From NCBI RefSeq assembly GCF_009914755.1, contig NC_060929.1: DNA of 64,000 nt; one strand, given 5' to 3'. Source of the stretch: the human T2T-CHM13v2.0 reference genome, Homo sapiens. The notes under the pieces are model-generated. The model was given only the letters and a program-made list of their open reading frames with translations, searched no databases and was not told the origin of the DNA. This document shows, piece by piece, positions 1 to 12,747 of this stretch (the stretch's first letter is position 1; each line of letters opens with the position of its first letter). The position numbers and the translations under genes are program-made.

Positions 1-900
1 AGAATTGAGGAGTAGAGATAAGATCAAGGAAGTGAGCCAAGAACAGATCATGCGGGGCCTTCTACACCTTGCTAAGAGTTTGTATTTTAATTTTAATTTG
101 GACTCAGTGGAAATTCATTAAAGAATGATAAGCATAATAGTAGCCAATTTTGCTGCTATTTGTAGAATGGACTATTGTTTTAAGGCTGTTGCTAAAATTT
201 TCTGGGAGATGATGATGAGGTGGTGGTGAAGAATTGGTGAGGGGCAGTCAAATTCAGGATAAGTTTTGAAATTTGAGCTTGCTGGACTTGCTGATGTGTT
301 AGATATGGAATAATCAGGGAAGGAGAAGAATTAAGGATAACTTGTAAGACTTTTGACCTGAATGACTGAGTGAATATTTGTGCCATTTATTGAAAGGAGG
401 CAGACTAGGAAGGTGTGGAGTGGGGAATCAAAAATTCTTTTTTGGCCATGGTAAAGGTGAGGTAATTGTTAAAGAGCCATGGGAAGATGTTGAATAGGTA
501 GTTGGATATTTGAATGTGGCATTCAGGGACAAATTAAGACTGGCAATGAAAAATTGAGTTGTCAGAATGTGTTTACAGTGTTTAAAACAAAGGTATTGGA
601 GGAGACTATCTAGGAAGAGAATATAGAGATGAGAAGAGAGTCAAAGGCAGAATCCCAGAGGCATAACAGTGGTTAGAAGAAACTGCCAGCAAAGGAGATA
701 AAAGGATAAACTAAAGAAGGTAGGAGGAAGCCTGGAGTCATAAAACTGTGAAAAAGTGATTTCAAGAAGAAATATCAACTCTATCAAATGCTGCTGAGAG
801 GTCAAGTAAGCTGAGGACATTTGCGGTCATTTATGACTATAATAAGAGTTGTTTCTCTTATACAAAAGTCCTCATTGCATTGTGTTGGGAAGACAATTGG
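1..900 (-). mobile_element. L2 LINE fragment (old, decayed)
   Basis: Purine-rich L2 antisense motifs, e.g. agatcatgcggggcctt, ggacttgctgatgtgttagatatgg, tcaaatgctgctgagaggtcaagtaag; boundaries approximate. Confidence 0.75.
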
Positions 901-924
901 AGGCAAGGAAACATCTTTCACCAC

Positions 925-1027
925 ATATGGTAATATTCATTCTTTTGCCATATCAGGTAATCACCATAGGTTCTAGGGATTAGGATGTAGACATATCTTT
1001 TTTTGGGACCACCATCTAACCCACTAT
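925..1027 (-). mobile_element. MLT1 (MaLR) LTR 5'-end fragment
   Basis: ggttctagggattaggatgtagacatatcttttt...accatctaacccacta matches the reverse complement of the MLT1 LTR start. Confidence 0.65.
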
Positions 1028-2811
1028 GGAAAACTACTTGAAAACTTAAAACTGTTTTTCAGGACTTTCCTCTTTTTATAAATTTCTAAAGGATAAGAAT
1101 TGGGAGACAAGATACAAATATTAAAGTCAAAATTTGTGTTGAATCATTCTCTGAATAACCATCTCATCAAAAGGATTTGTGGTAATTTAAATTTATTAAC
1201 TAAGAGTCCTGCTGAGCGCTAGCACTAATTGGCACCCTTTGGGTTACGTGCCAAAAGATGCATTTGAACCAAACCTGTTTTCTTCCTGTTGAACATCTAT
1301 ACAAGAACATACATCTATATGTTCTTCCTGTTGAACATACAGGATGGAACCAACAAATAAGTGTGGAAGAGAAATTGACTATATAGGTATTTTTCCATCT
1401 AATCTGGGCTTTATGAGATGTAATCAATTTATTAAAGAAGCAATCTGCTGTTACCTTGCTGTCCTTGTCAATCAAAAAGGGAAAAAAAGTATAAAAATAG
1501 AAAGTACCTTCTGGGCTTAGAAGAGGATGAGAAAAAATATTTGTAGCTTTATTAAGGCTGTTAGAGTTATTTCCTTTGTGACGTTGTGTGTTTGTGAAAT
1601 TCCCTCATTTTGCCCTCTTAGCTTGTGAAAGCAGTTACACTGCTGTCCTTCAGTCAGCCTTTCTTGGTGAAATCTCCCTCTTAGATAGCTGTTCTTGTCA
1701 GTGTATTTTCCTCCAGTCATCCAACCCCCAGATCCTGTGCACTAAATTAGAAAAGAGGAATTATTCTAAGTGTTCTGTTAATAACTGTGTCTTCAGGGAC
1801 GACTAAAAACCCCAGTTTTTTTCCTTTGAGAAGCACTGTCCTCATGTTTACATCTAGTTTGTCTAATTAGACTTTAGATTAAACAGGGGCCTTGTTTATT
1901 CTGCAGTCTGTGGAGCATTTAGCAGTGTCTACAATGACTAGATCCACTTCTTTTGCCCCTGTTCTTACCCATGGGAACATGAATGGGCTGTAGGAATTGT
2001 AAAAAGGAAGACATAAGCATTCTGGAGGAAGAGTATGGGCGGTTCCTCTTCGGCTTTTTAGCCCATAGAAGAGCTTGTTGGTCATCTGCACCTTCAGAGT
2101 GGTGTCTAGACTTGCTGGCCTGCCTCCCATGCAGAGGCAACAGGCAACATCTGCTGCCTTCCTCCTCTCTGGTTAGAGATAGCCATAAACCAGCATGCAA
2201 TGGAGCCTTTTGAGATGGATTAGAGAGAAGCTTATTGGCTTTCTACAGTGCCAGGTGTAGAGGATCTATTTGATTGAAACAATAGACAGAATTACATTCC
2301 CAAAAGCATCCTGAGAGGGCATATGGCTTTAGTGTTTAGGTACATTTCTGAATAAGAACCAGTCTCCAAACTTGAACAGGCTGCTTCTAGATACTGAAGA
2401 CTGGGTGATAAATGACATTCTCTAGGTATAGCCAATATCCCTTGCTTTAATCTCTTTTCTCCAGCAGAGTATTCCAAAGCATAGTGCTGACTGCCCAACA
2501 CCTCCCTTTGGAAAGACCTTTCTTATTTGAGAACAATAATTACATCATTCTTTAGCTTTCTTTTTTTCTAGGCAAATTTCTTAATATTCCCTCTTTGGAC
2601 CTATTTTCTATTTCTTTAGTCATTTCCACAGCTCTTCCCTGAAACTCTGCCTTGTCTCTATGTTCCTGTAAAGGTATGGTGACTGAAACTACCCATAATG
2701 TTCTTATACAGGCCTCAATGGGCCTCAGGATAGTATACAGTTTATCTATCGGCTAGATATCACTACTCTCATTTTTTGCTTAAAGTGAATATCAGGGAGA
2801 AATAGTTTACT

Positions 2812-3129
2812 TGTGATGGTTAATTTTGTGTCAACTTGACTGGGCCAAAAGATGCCCAGATATTTGGTGAAATGTTATTTCTGAGTGTGTCTGTAAGGAT
2901 ATTTCTGGATGAGATTAATATTTGAATGTTAGACTGAGTAAAACAGATTGCCCTCCACAATATAGGTGGGCCTCATCCAATCTGTTGAAAGCCTGAATAG
3001 AAGAAAAGGCTGACTAACAAAGAATTTTTTTTCTCTGCCTGACCATCTTGAAACTGGGACATCATTCATCTCCTGCTTCTTCAGACTTGGACTCAGACTA
3101 GAACCTTACCATCAGCTTTCCTGGGTCTT
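2812..3129 (+). mobile_element. MLT2 (ERV-L) LTR, partial
   Basis: Starts tgtgatggttaattttgtgtcaacttgactggg; contains gtgggcctcatccaatctgttgaaagcctgaatag. Confidence 0.85.
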
Positions 3130-3200
3130 TAAACATATATTGTTCTATTTAAAGAATAGAAGTAAAAAAACATATATTGTTCTTATTTAAAGAACATGTA

Positions 3201-3496
3201 GCCAGTGCGGTGGCTCACGCCTGTAATCCCAGCACTTTGGGAGGCCAAGGTGGGCGGATAACTTGAGGTCAGGAGTTTAAGATCAGCCTGGCCAACATGG
3301 TGAAGTCCCATCTCTACTAACAATACAAAAATTAGCTGAGTGTGGTGGTGCATGCCTGTAGTCCCAGCTATTCAGGAGGCTGAGGCAGGAGAATTGCTTA
3401 AATCTGTGAGGCAGAGGTTGCAGTGAGCCAAGATCCTGCCACTGCACTCCAGTCTGGGCAACAGAGTGAGACTCTGTCTCAAAAAAAGAAAAAAAA
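3201..3496 (+). mobile_element. AluS (Sx/Sz-like), full length
   Basis: Dimeric Alu with A-rich linker and poly-A tail; degenerate TSD agaacatgta / agaatatata. Confidence 0.95.
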
Positions 3497-3526
3497 CAGA
3501 ATATATATACTCATTCATAGCATTTT

Positions 3527-3862
3527 ATGTGTGTGTGTGTGTATATATACCCACACCTATGTGTATGCATATGTATGTGTGTATATATGTATGTATGTGT
3601 GTATATATATCTATATATCTATATCTATATCTATATATCAGCTTTCCTGGTCTTTAAACATATGCTCTATTTAAAGAATATAAGTAAAGAAACATATATT
3701 GTTCTTATTTAAAGAATGTATATACTCAATCACAGCATTTTATATGTATCTATATATATACACATACATATATATACACATATGTGTATATGTATATATT
3801 TGTATGTGTATATATGTATGCTTCTCTATATATGTATGTATCTATACATATGTATGTATGTA
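3527..3862. repeat. Two (TG/TA)n-rich low-complexity tracts within a tandem duplication
   Basis: TG/TA/TATC arrays at about 3527-3636 and 3740-3862. Confidence 0.85.
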
Positions 3863-3864
3863 GC

Positions 3865-5305
3865 TATCAAAGACTTCCTGGGTCACACCAATAGGACACA
3901 GGAGTCAACTTCTGGGAGCTCCTACTGGCCAAAGATGGGAATATTTGAGCTTCAAAAAAAAAAAAAAAAAGTTTGCTCTCCAAACACGTTAGTCTCAGAA
4001 AAAAAATTGCTGTCATAGATTGAAATAATAAAAATCTATACATTCATAATTGTACTTCAAAAGGAAAAGAGTGTTCCATACTGACATTCTTTGTAGGTTG
4101 CTAGAGTACAAACTCATTTCCTCTGAAGAGTAACGATTAAAGGAAAAGAATTAAGTATGTATCCTCTTTTTCCTGTATAGACTGTATTTCATGATAGCCA
4201 AATAGATATAAATGTTCTTCTCCCACATCCCCACATCTTGAGTCATAGACCTCCAAGAACACACCTGTAGCTCAGCAAGTCAGGTGTACTACTTGTTGCA
4301 GTGAGGGAAAAATGCATGCCATGGAGAACTGTGGGGTATCTCGGTAACAGGGTGTTAAAAAGAACATATATAATTTGGGTTGCAGTTAGATGATATTGGG
4401 GATGGTTCAAGAAAGAGGGAATTTGCTGTGGATTGAGTGTCATTAGGAAGGGAGGATAATGCTATGATTGGACATTTTTAATCTTATTTAAGAATGCCAT
4501 ATATGATTGAGTATTCAATAAATCTTGTAGGGCAGGCTAGAGCAAGGCTGAAGCTGTAATTATTACAGAAGAAGCAGTCACTCATATTATTTGGAAAAGA
4601 GGGATGTTTGGTATTTTTGTGGTCTGCATAGTGACCTTGTTTTTGCTTATGATTAAACAATATTATGAAATGGTCTTGTTTTTTTAAACCTCACTTCTTC
4701 AAAGTCACAAGCTGACCTGATGTTCTGGGAGATTGTTTATGTCCAACAAGAGAACATTGAAGTATAGCTGTGAGTGTCAAGCCAGCCTGCAGCCCTCAGA
4801 GTTTAGGAGCTGCTTTTCTGTTTCTCAGTAGGAGAATAGAGTAAAATAAAAGTGAAAGAAATAAAAGATTTGGATAATTCCGTTTTCAACCTCTAAAGAA
4901 ATAATGGACCTGGCAATCTAGATGCTAAAATCATTAGGTGAAATGTTAATGAGGTATTTTATTATGGATGGTTCAGGCTGATATTACCTGAATCACTGAA
5001 CAAAGCAAGACCCTGTCTCTCAAAACTAAAAAAAAGAAATATATCATGTTGTTTATAAAAATGATATGGTGGTTACTTTAACATGTTCTTATCTGTTAGA
5101 GATGCATTCTAAAGTATTTAGGAATAGAATGATATGATGTCTGGCATTTGCTCCAGAAAAGAGAAAAACATTTGGAAAGTTGATAGATGAAATAAAAACA
5201 ACAGAAAGTTGCTAGTTCTTAAAGCTGCAGGATGAATCTATGGAGGTTGACCATTCTTTCTACTTCTGGATATATTTGAGAAGTTCCAGAACAAACAGCT
5301 TTTTG
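3865..5305 (+). mobile_element. Old L1M (L1MC-like) 3' region, split by an LTR
   Basis: gagctcctactggccaaagatggga and aagtatttagg...gatatgatgtctggcatttgctcc are L1MC 3' UTR motifs; interrupted at 4239-4827. Confidence 0.6.
4239..4827 (-). mobile_element. ERV1-class solo LTR (MER67-like)
   Basis: TG...CA termini; minus strand starts TGAGAAACAGAAAAGCAGCTCC; internal aagaagcagtcactcatatta; subfamily from recall. Confidence 0.65.
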
Positions 5306-6252
5306 AAAAGGTGAGCATTGCTTTTGTATCACACCATTTGTTTGATTGTCCTCTCCTCTCATCAGGGCACCACAGCCCGCTATTAAGAATTAAAGAGAAT
5401 AAGACAGTAACTCATCTCATTTTCCAAGCTCTCAAGCAGAAATAGGCCTATTTCCTGAAGATCTGTTCCATGATTCCCAGATACTGCTTTTGCTCAGTCT
5501 CTGTTTAATATGGACTTTATGGGATAGGGCTCCCTAAAATGACAAAGGCTTCTAATGGTTATCAGTTTAAAACTTTATTTTTGCCTCATTCATTTTCTCA
5601 AGGTCATGTATCCATTGGAATAGAAAGGCATTTATTGAAAGAATTGAATACATCATAATATGGGCTATAAATAGTTCTTACATGGTGGGAGTCATATTCA
5701 ACATTTCAAGGTTGAGCTGACAGTTGGTTGACCATAATATTACTTTGAAAATTTCTTTGGAATTAAGCATTTCATAGCATTTTCTAATCAGGAGCAAATT
5801 TTCTATAAATGTTCAAATTTTTAGAATCCTTAGGGAGCTGGGATAATAGTCATTGCTTAAAATGTATGAAGACTAAAAGCCAGTCCTAAACAAGTATTGC
5901 CTTTCTCTTGTGCTGTGCATTTTCAGTCTCAGTTTTGATCCCAGAGATAGAGGTGAATAACTTTCTTGCCCATTTCCCCTTACTAAACGTGCACTGAACC
6001 TTTTCTTTTTACTCATCAGATTGGCATTTTTTATTTCTAATCCTTTTCAGCCGTTCTGACCAACTTAAAGTTTCATAATAATTCAAGGACACTTCCACAA
6101 TGAAATACTATGTTTGTGCACACACCCGCAGAGTATCTGGAAGCAGAATTCTGTGTTATAGAATGCATGCTGAATAGAGTAATGAACAGCAGTTAGTTTG
6201 CTTTCTTGAAGATTGTTCTTTCTCAATTTTGGAAGAGTTTTTTATAAAATAG

Positions 6253-6311
6253 ATAGGGTATTTCTCTGGTCCCTAGACTAATATATAGGGTATTTCTCTG
6301 GTCCCTAGACT
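6253..6311. repeat. Direct repeat, 27 bp x2, period 32
   Basis: ATAGGGTATTTCTCTGGTCCCTAGACT at 6253-6279 and 6285-6311. Confidence 0.95.
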
Positions 6312-6912
6312 TCTATGGCATGGTTTTATTTACTTGTTCATCAAAATTTTGTCTAATAAATGTCATGTTGATTTGAAGGTAACCCAGGTCACCACTTTAG
6401 ATTGGCTTCATTTAAAAAGGGACGTTGATGAGAGGAAATGGAAAATGATTTATTCTGCATAAGAACAAGGTTAATAGCACAGACACTGAAAGTTAAATTC
6501 TTAAATCTTTTCCTTTAATTTGGAGGGGCAATTTCTCTTCCTTCTGTTTTTTTCATCTTTTCCAGCCCTGTGTTTTAGGGGGTTCTGACAGAAATAATCA
6601 AACAAAGCTGTTTGCTCTCCCAAACAATTTAGCCAAGTGCTCATCTCTGGACTGGTAGGACATCTTTCTCTGCATCATCTTTATGTAAGGAGACCAAATG
6701 AAGGAATGATATATGGGGCCTCTTGAGGGCTCAAAGAAAGAATGGCCAGAGCCTGCCCTGAGGGAGGGAGTGAGGAAAGATTTCACAGCAAAGATGATGT
6801 TTAAATGGATTGTTAAAGGAAGGGAAAGTACATGCTAGAAAGTGAGAGAGCTATGGGGAGATCTAAAACAGTAAAGTACATTTAGGAATTGCAACTAATT
6901 CAGTACTGCTGA

Positions 6913-6918
<6 letters not shown>

Positions 6919-6947
<29 letters not shown>
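6919..6947. repeat. (TG)n microsatellite
   Basis: About 14 TG units. Confidence 0.95.
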
Positions 6948-6951
<4 letters not shown>

Positions 6952-7094
6952 CACGTGCGCACCTACGTGTATGTGTGTTGGTGAAGGCAAAGTAGGAATG
7001 GCAATGAGTAGAGAGGGTATAACAAGTAATGACGATGGAGATGTAAACAAGGGTAAGATCACAAAGGGCTTTGTGTGTCTCATTAAGAAATAGA

Positions 7095-7398
7095 GCCAGA
7101 CATGGTGGCTCACACCTGTAATCCCGGCACTTTATGAGGCCAAGGCAGGTGGGCAGCTTGAACCCAGGAACTCAAGACCAGCCTGGGCAACATGGTGAAA
7201 TCCCATCCCTAGAAAAAATACAAAAATTAGCTGAGCATGATGGCGGGTGCCTGTGGTCTCAGCTGCTCAGGAGGCTGAAGTGGGAGGATCACATAAGCCT
7301 GGGAAATTGAGGTTGTAGTGAGCCATGATATAGCATCACTGCACTTAGGTCTGGATGACAGAGTGAGAACCTGTCTCTAAATGAATGAATGAATGAAT
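7095..7398 (+). mobile_element. AluJ, full length, (AATG)n tail
   Basis: Diverged dimeric Alu with J-type right arm; TSD gaaataga. Confidence 0.9.
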
Positions 7399-8474
7399 GA
7401 AATAGAACTTTATCCTGTAGGTGATGGGGAGCCTTTTGGATGCTGACCTCTTAATATTAGCCTATATCTGTCATGGGCTTTCACTAGAAACCCAAGTACC
7501 CTTCTGCAGTTAAAGGCCTAAGATTGTCTTTGGAGAGTCCATAGTTCTTAAAGTAAGGTATGGAGTATATATGCATTTATATCAGTGTTTCTTTCTGAGT
7601 TTGGATGTAGCTCAAGATTAAGCTTTTGCGAATTTTGGCACATTTCTTATTTCAGAGGGCAAGAGCATAGGGCAGAGTAGTAATCTAACAGAAGCTTATT
7701 GAAGGTGGGATTTATAGCAGATATATAGCCTTTCCAAGATGCCATCTTAATTAGTACTCCTAGAATAGCTAGCTATGCTTGGATTCTATGTAAGAGGTTG
7801 ATATTCCCTTGTAAAACTCTCTGACCTCTTCTTGTCTTCACATTTCAATGTACTTTCACTAGTTTTTTGGTCATTTACTTTAAGCTATTTATTGCATATA
7901 CCCTGTTCATGATTTAAAAGAGGACTTCATTTGGCTAATATTTCCATTTTTATAAATATAAGTCTCTGATATCATAATTTAGTCTTTGATTTGTATAGAA
8001 AAGCACAAAAGGTTCAGGCATCAAATATTCTTGAAATAACAGTTCCAATTAATTATTTGACAAACTTTAGAGCAAGCAATTAACTCATCATTCCTCAGAG
8101 AAGATCATGGTGATTCCAGTTTGTTCTCTAATAGGATACATTACATTAAACTTCTCCAGACGGTTAGAAGAGGAAAGTATCATGGTAATCCAGAGCTCCC
8201 TTAGTGAATCAAACAAATAGTTGTCTTCCTGAAGGACTTAGGTGCAATAAAAATCTGTTTGGAGAACATCAGACCGTTGAATTTTCGACAGTTTATATTA
8301 AGAACTACCTGGAAGCAGCTGCATTTTTCTATTAAAGTGATGCAATTTGCTCATTCTAACCAGGCTCTTCAACACAAAAGGCACTTTGAGATATTCTGTC
8401 CTTCAGAGTTGGTTGACTCTAAACCTGTGCCTGGTTGGTGAAATCCCACTGTCCAAAGAGGCTCCTTCACTGAG

Positions 8475-8990
8475 TGTCTGGTTATCTATGGTTGCTTGGC
8501 ATACTACCCCCAAACATAGTGGCTTAAACCATTTTTTTTTTGGTTTTGAGGGTCGGGAATTCAGACATGGCAGAATGGGGAAGTCATGTCTTTGGTCCCA
8601 GAGCCTGGGGTCTCAGCTGGGATGATTTAAATAGATGGAGACTTGTACAGCTAGGGACTGGTATGGCATCTTTCCCTTTATGTAGTGTCGGGCTTGTCCC
8701 TATGGCCTCCTCATGTGATTCTTCTAGCATCATGGTCTTGGGGTAGCAAGACTTCTCATGCAACAGTTCAGGGTTCTGAGAGTGAGTGATCCAGAACACC
8801 AAAGTGGAGTGGCAGAGCCTTTTTCCTTCTGGTCTGGGAAGTCATTCAGCATGGCTCTGTCATATCTAGTTGGTCCCTCAGGGGCAGCCCCCATTCAGCA
8901 TGGGAGGGGACCACATAAGGATGTGAATACTGGGTGGTGTGGCTCACTGGGGAAGGGGGTGGGAGCATTTTGGAGGCTGCGTCATTACCA
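8475..8990 (-). mobile_element. MLT1 (G/H-like) LTR
   Basis: ccccaaacatagtggcttaaa...gggaattcag...gatgtgaatactggg...ggctcactgggg pattern. Confidence 0.7.
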
Positions 8991-9311
8991 AGGGTAGTAC
9001 ACCCCATTTCTTCAGTTCATGGCACTAGCTCTTCTTGGTAATAAGCTCATTTTCTCCCAGGCATCCACTCTTATCCATAGCACTGCACCCCCACTCTACC
9101 CCAACATTCTTTTTCATGGACAGGTAGAGAGACCTTAAAATCTTCTATATGACTATGACTCTTCACATTTAAAGCTTTCAGTGGCTTATTAGTGCTCTAA
9201 GGATGAAGATCTTTATTCAACAAATATTTACTGAGTGCTTAGTCTGTTTAGGCAATATTCCAGGCCTCCGGGATAACATAGTGATTAAAACTGATAGAAA
9301 TTCCAGTCTTC

Positions 9312-10423
9312 CATAGGCATGGGAAAAGACTTCATGGCTAAAACAACAAGAGCAATTGCAACAAAAGCCAAAGTTGACAAATGGGATCTAATTAAACTAA
9401 AGAGCTTCTGCACAGCAAAAGAAACTATCATCAGAGTGAACAGGCAACCTAGAGAATGGGAGAAAATTTTTGCAATCTATCCATCTGACAAAGGGCTAAT
9501 ATCCAGAATCTACAAGGAACTTAAACACATTTACAAGAAAAAAACAAACAGCCTCATCAAAAAGTGGGTGAAGGATATGAACAGACAGTTCTCAAAAGAA
9601 GACAGTCATGCGGCCAAAAACATGAAAAAAAGCTCATCATCACTGGTCATTAGAAGAACGCAAATCAAAACCACAATGAGATACCGTCTCACACCAGTTA
9701 GAATGGCGATCATTAAAAAGTCAGGAAACAGCAGATGCTGGAGAGGATGTGGAGAAATAGGAATGCTTTTACACTATTGGTGGGAGTGTAAATTAGTTCA
9801 TCCATTGTGGAAGACATTGTGGTGATTCCTCAAGGATCTAGAACAAGAAATACCATTTGACCCAGCAATCCCATTACTGTCTATATACCCAAAGGATTAT
9901 AAATCATTCTATAAAGACACATGCACACATATGTTTATTGCAGCACTATTCACAAGAGCAAAGACTTGGAACCAACCTAAATGCCCACCAGTGATAGACT
10001 GGATAAAGAAAATGTGGCACATAGACGCCATGGAATACTATGCAGCCATAAAAAGGATGAGTTTGTGTCCTTTGCAGGGATGTGGATGAAGCTGGAAACC
10101 ATAATTCTCAGCAAACTAACCCAGGAACAAAAAAACAAACACCACATGTTCTCAATCATAAGTGGGATTTGAACAATGAGAACATATGGACACAGGGAGG
10201 GGATAATTACACACTGAGGCCTGTCGGGGGGTGGGGGGCAAGGAGAGGGAGAGCATTAGGACAATTGCCTAATGCTTGAGGGACTTAAAACCTAGATGAC
10301 GGGTTGATAGGTACAGCAAACCACCATGGCGCATGTATACCTATGTAACGAACCCGCATGTTCTGCACATGTATCCCAGAACTTAAATTAAAAAAAATTT
10401 GTAAATAACAAAAAAAAAAAAAA
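9312..10423 (+). mobile_element. 5'-truncated L1PA (L1PA7/8-like)
   Basis: ORF2 C-terminal remnant (ORF 9319-9825), 3' UTR and poly-A; 16-bp TSD AGAAATTCCAGTC(T/C)TC at 9296-9311 and 10424-10439. Confidence 0.95.
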
Positions 10424-10454
10424 AGAAATTCCAGTCCTCGTGGAATCATGCATT

Positions 10455-10457
<3 letters not shown>

Positions 10458-10495
<38 letters not shown>

Positions 10496-10508
10496 ACGCG
10501 CGTGTGTG
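10458..10508. repeat. (TG)n microsatellite
   Basis: About 18 uninterrupted TG units followed by an imperfect extension. Confidence 0.95.
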
Positions 10509-11204
10509 TTGGAAAGGAGCAGTAAATAAGTGCAAATATTTATCATGATAGAAATAAACCCGGTAAAGAAAAAGGGAAGAGCAGGCTCAGTTTTAAACAG
10601 GACAGTTAGGGAAAGCCTCAGTGAGAAGACAACAAAGATTTGAAGTAGGTGAGGGTGTGAGCCATGTGGATATTGGCAGAGGGAACAGCAAGTGCAAAAG
10701 TTCTGAGAGGGAAGCATGCCTGCCCTTCAAGGGAAGCCAGGATACTGGGTTTGGGGCATGTGGAATGAGGACAAGGGTAATGAGAGATGAAGTCAGAGAT
10801 TTAACAGCAGACTAGACAGGATCTGGACTTGTAGGCCATTTTAAGAACTTTAATTTTCACTTTTGAGAAGAACAGCATTAAGGTCTGACTCATGTTTTAG
10901 AAGAATCATTCTTGGGGGGTAAAGGTAGAAATAGAAAGAACATTTATATGATTATTGCAATAACCTAGGAGAGGGAAGAGGGTGGCTTGGATCAGGATGG
11001 TATGGTAAAAAGGATGATAAGTGGCTCAGTAAAAAATATATTTTGAAGGTAGAATTGATAAGTTTTACTGATAAACTGAATGTAGGATATGAAAGAAAGA
11101 GAGGAGTCACAGATGATGTCAAGTAACTAGAACGAGTTGCCGTTTATCGAGATGAGAGAACCTATCAGTAGAACAGATTTAGAAGAGAGTTGTTTTGACA
11201 TGTT

Positions 11205-11982
<778 letters not shown>

Positions 11983-12019
11983 TTTTAAAAATAAAAATCT
12001 TTAATATGTCCCTGAATAC

Positions 12020-12222
12020 TGTGATGGTTAATTTTAGATGTCAATTTGACTGGATTAATGGATACCCAGATTTTTGGGTGTGTCTGTGAGGTTGTTTCCA
12101 GAGGAGCTGGCATTTAATCAGTGAACTGAGAAGGGAAGATCCACCTTCACCCATTGTGGGCAGGCTCAGTAGAATCAGGGAGGGCCGAGTAGAACAAAAA
12201 GTCAGAGGAAAGGTGAACTTTC
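12020..12222 (+). mobile_element. MLT2 LTR 5' fragment
   Basis: tgtgatggttaattttagatgtcaatttgactggatt...gggtgtgtctgtgaggttgtttccagaggag. Confidence 0.8.
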
Positions 12223-12359
12223 CCCTCTGGCCTGAATGCTCTCCCTATCCCCTTTTTCCCTGCAACTAGTTAATCCCTAGTCCTTTAAGATTCATCTCAA
12301 CTATTATTTTCTGAAAGAAGCCTTCCTGATCTCTTTAGATATGGGTTCCTATAGCACCC

Positions 12360-12747
12360 TGTCAGGCCTCTGAGCCCAAGCTAAGCCATCATATCCCCTG
12401 TGACCTGAATGTATACATCCAGATGGCCTGAAGCAACTGAAGATCCACAAAATAAGTGAAAATAGTCTTAACTGATGACATTCCACCATTGTGATTTGTT
12501 CCTGCCCCACCCTAACTGATATGATATATTCTGCCCCACCCTTAAGAAGGTACTTCGTAATATTCTCTCCACCCTTAAGAAGGTGCTTTGTATGCCTATC
12601 CCAAACCTATAAGAACTAATGATAATCCCACAACCCTTTGCTGACTCCTTTTTCGGACTCAGCCCCCCTGCACCCAGGTGAAATAAACAGCCTTGTTGCT
12701 CACACAAAGCCTGTTGGTGAACTCTCTTCACATGCATGCATGTGACA
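12360..12747 (+). mobile_element. LTR7 (HERV-H) solo LTR
   Basis: TGTCAGGCCTCTGAGCCCAAGCTAAGCC...GAAATAAACAGCC...TGACA; perfect 5-bp TSD CACCC at 12355-12359 and 12748-12752. Confidence 0.95.

Larger units (their letters stand above)
6760..7445 (-). mobile_element. L2 fragment interrupted by (TG)n and AluJ
   Basis: agatcacaaagggctttgtgtgtctcattaagaa...actttatcctgtaggtgatggggagcc is continuous across the Alu. Confidence 0.55.
9212..11200 (-). mobile_element. L2a 3' region, interrupted by L1PA and (TG)n
   Basis: ttattcaacaaatatttactgagtgctt is the L2 3' end; continues after 10440 (gaaagcctcagtgagaag...cttgtaggccattttaagaac). Confidence 0.8.

Noticed and set aside
1879-2213. Three overlapping ORFs in a GC-richer island
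   Set aside because: No recognisable protein similarity; only the splice signals were kept as a finding.
3423-4018. Cys/Tyr/Ile-rich ORFs
   Set aside because: Translations of TA/TG microsatellites.
4998-5037. Tiny Alu 3'-end fragment inside the L1MC
   Set aside because: Too short, and no TSD to interpret.
9319-9825. 168-aa ORF
   Set aside because: C-terminal L1 ORF2 remnant in a truncated L1PA.
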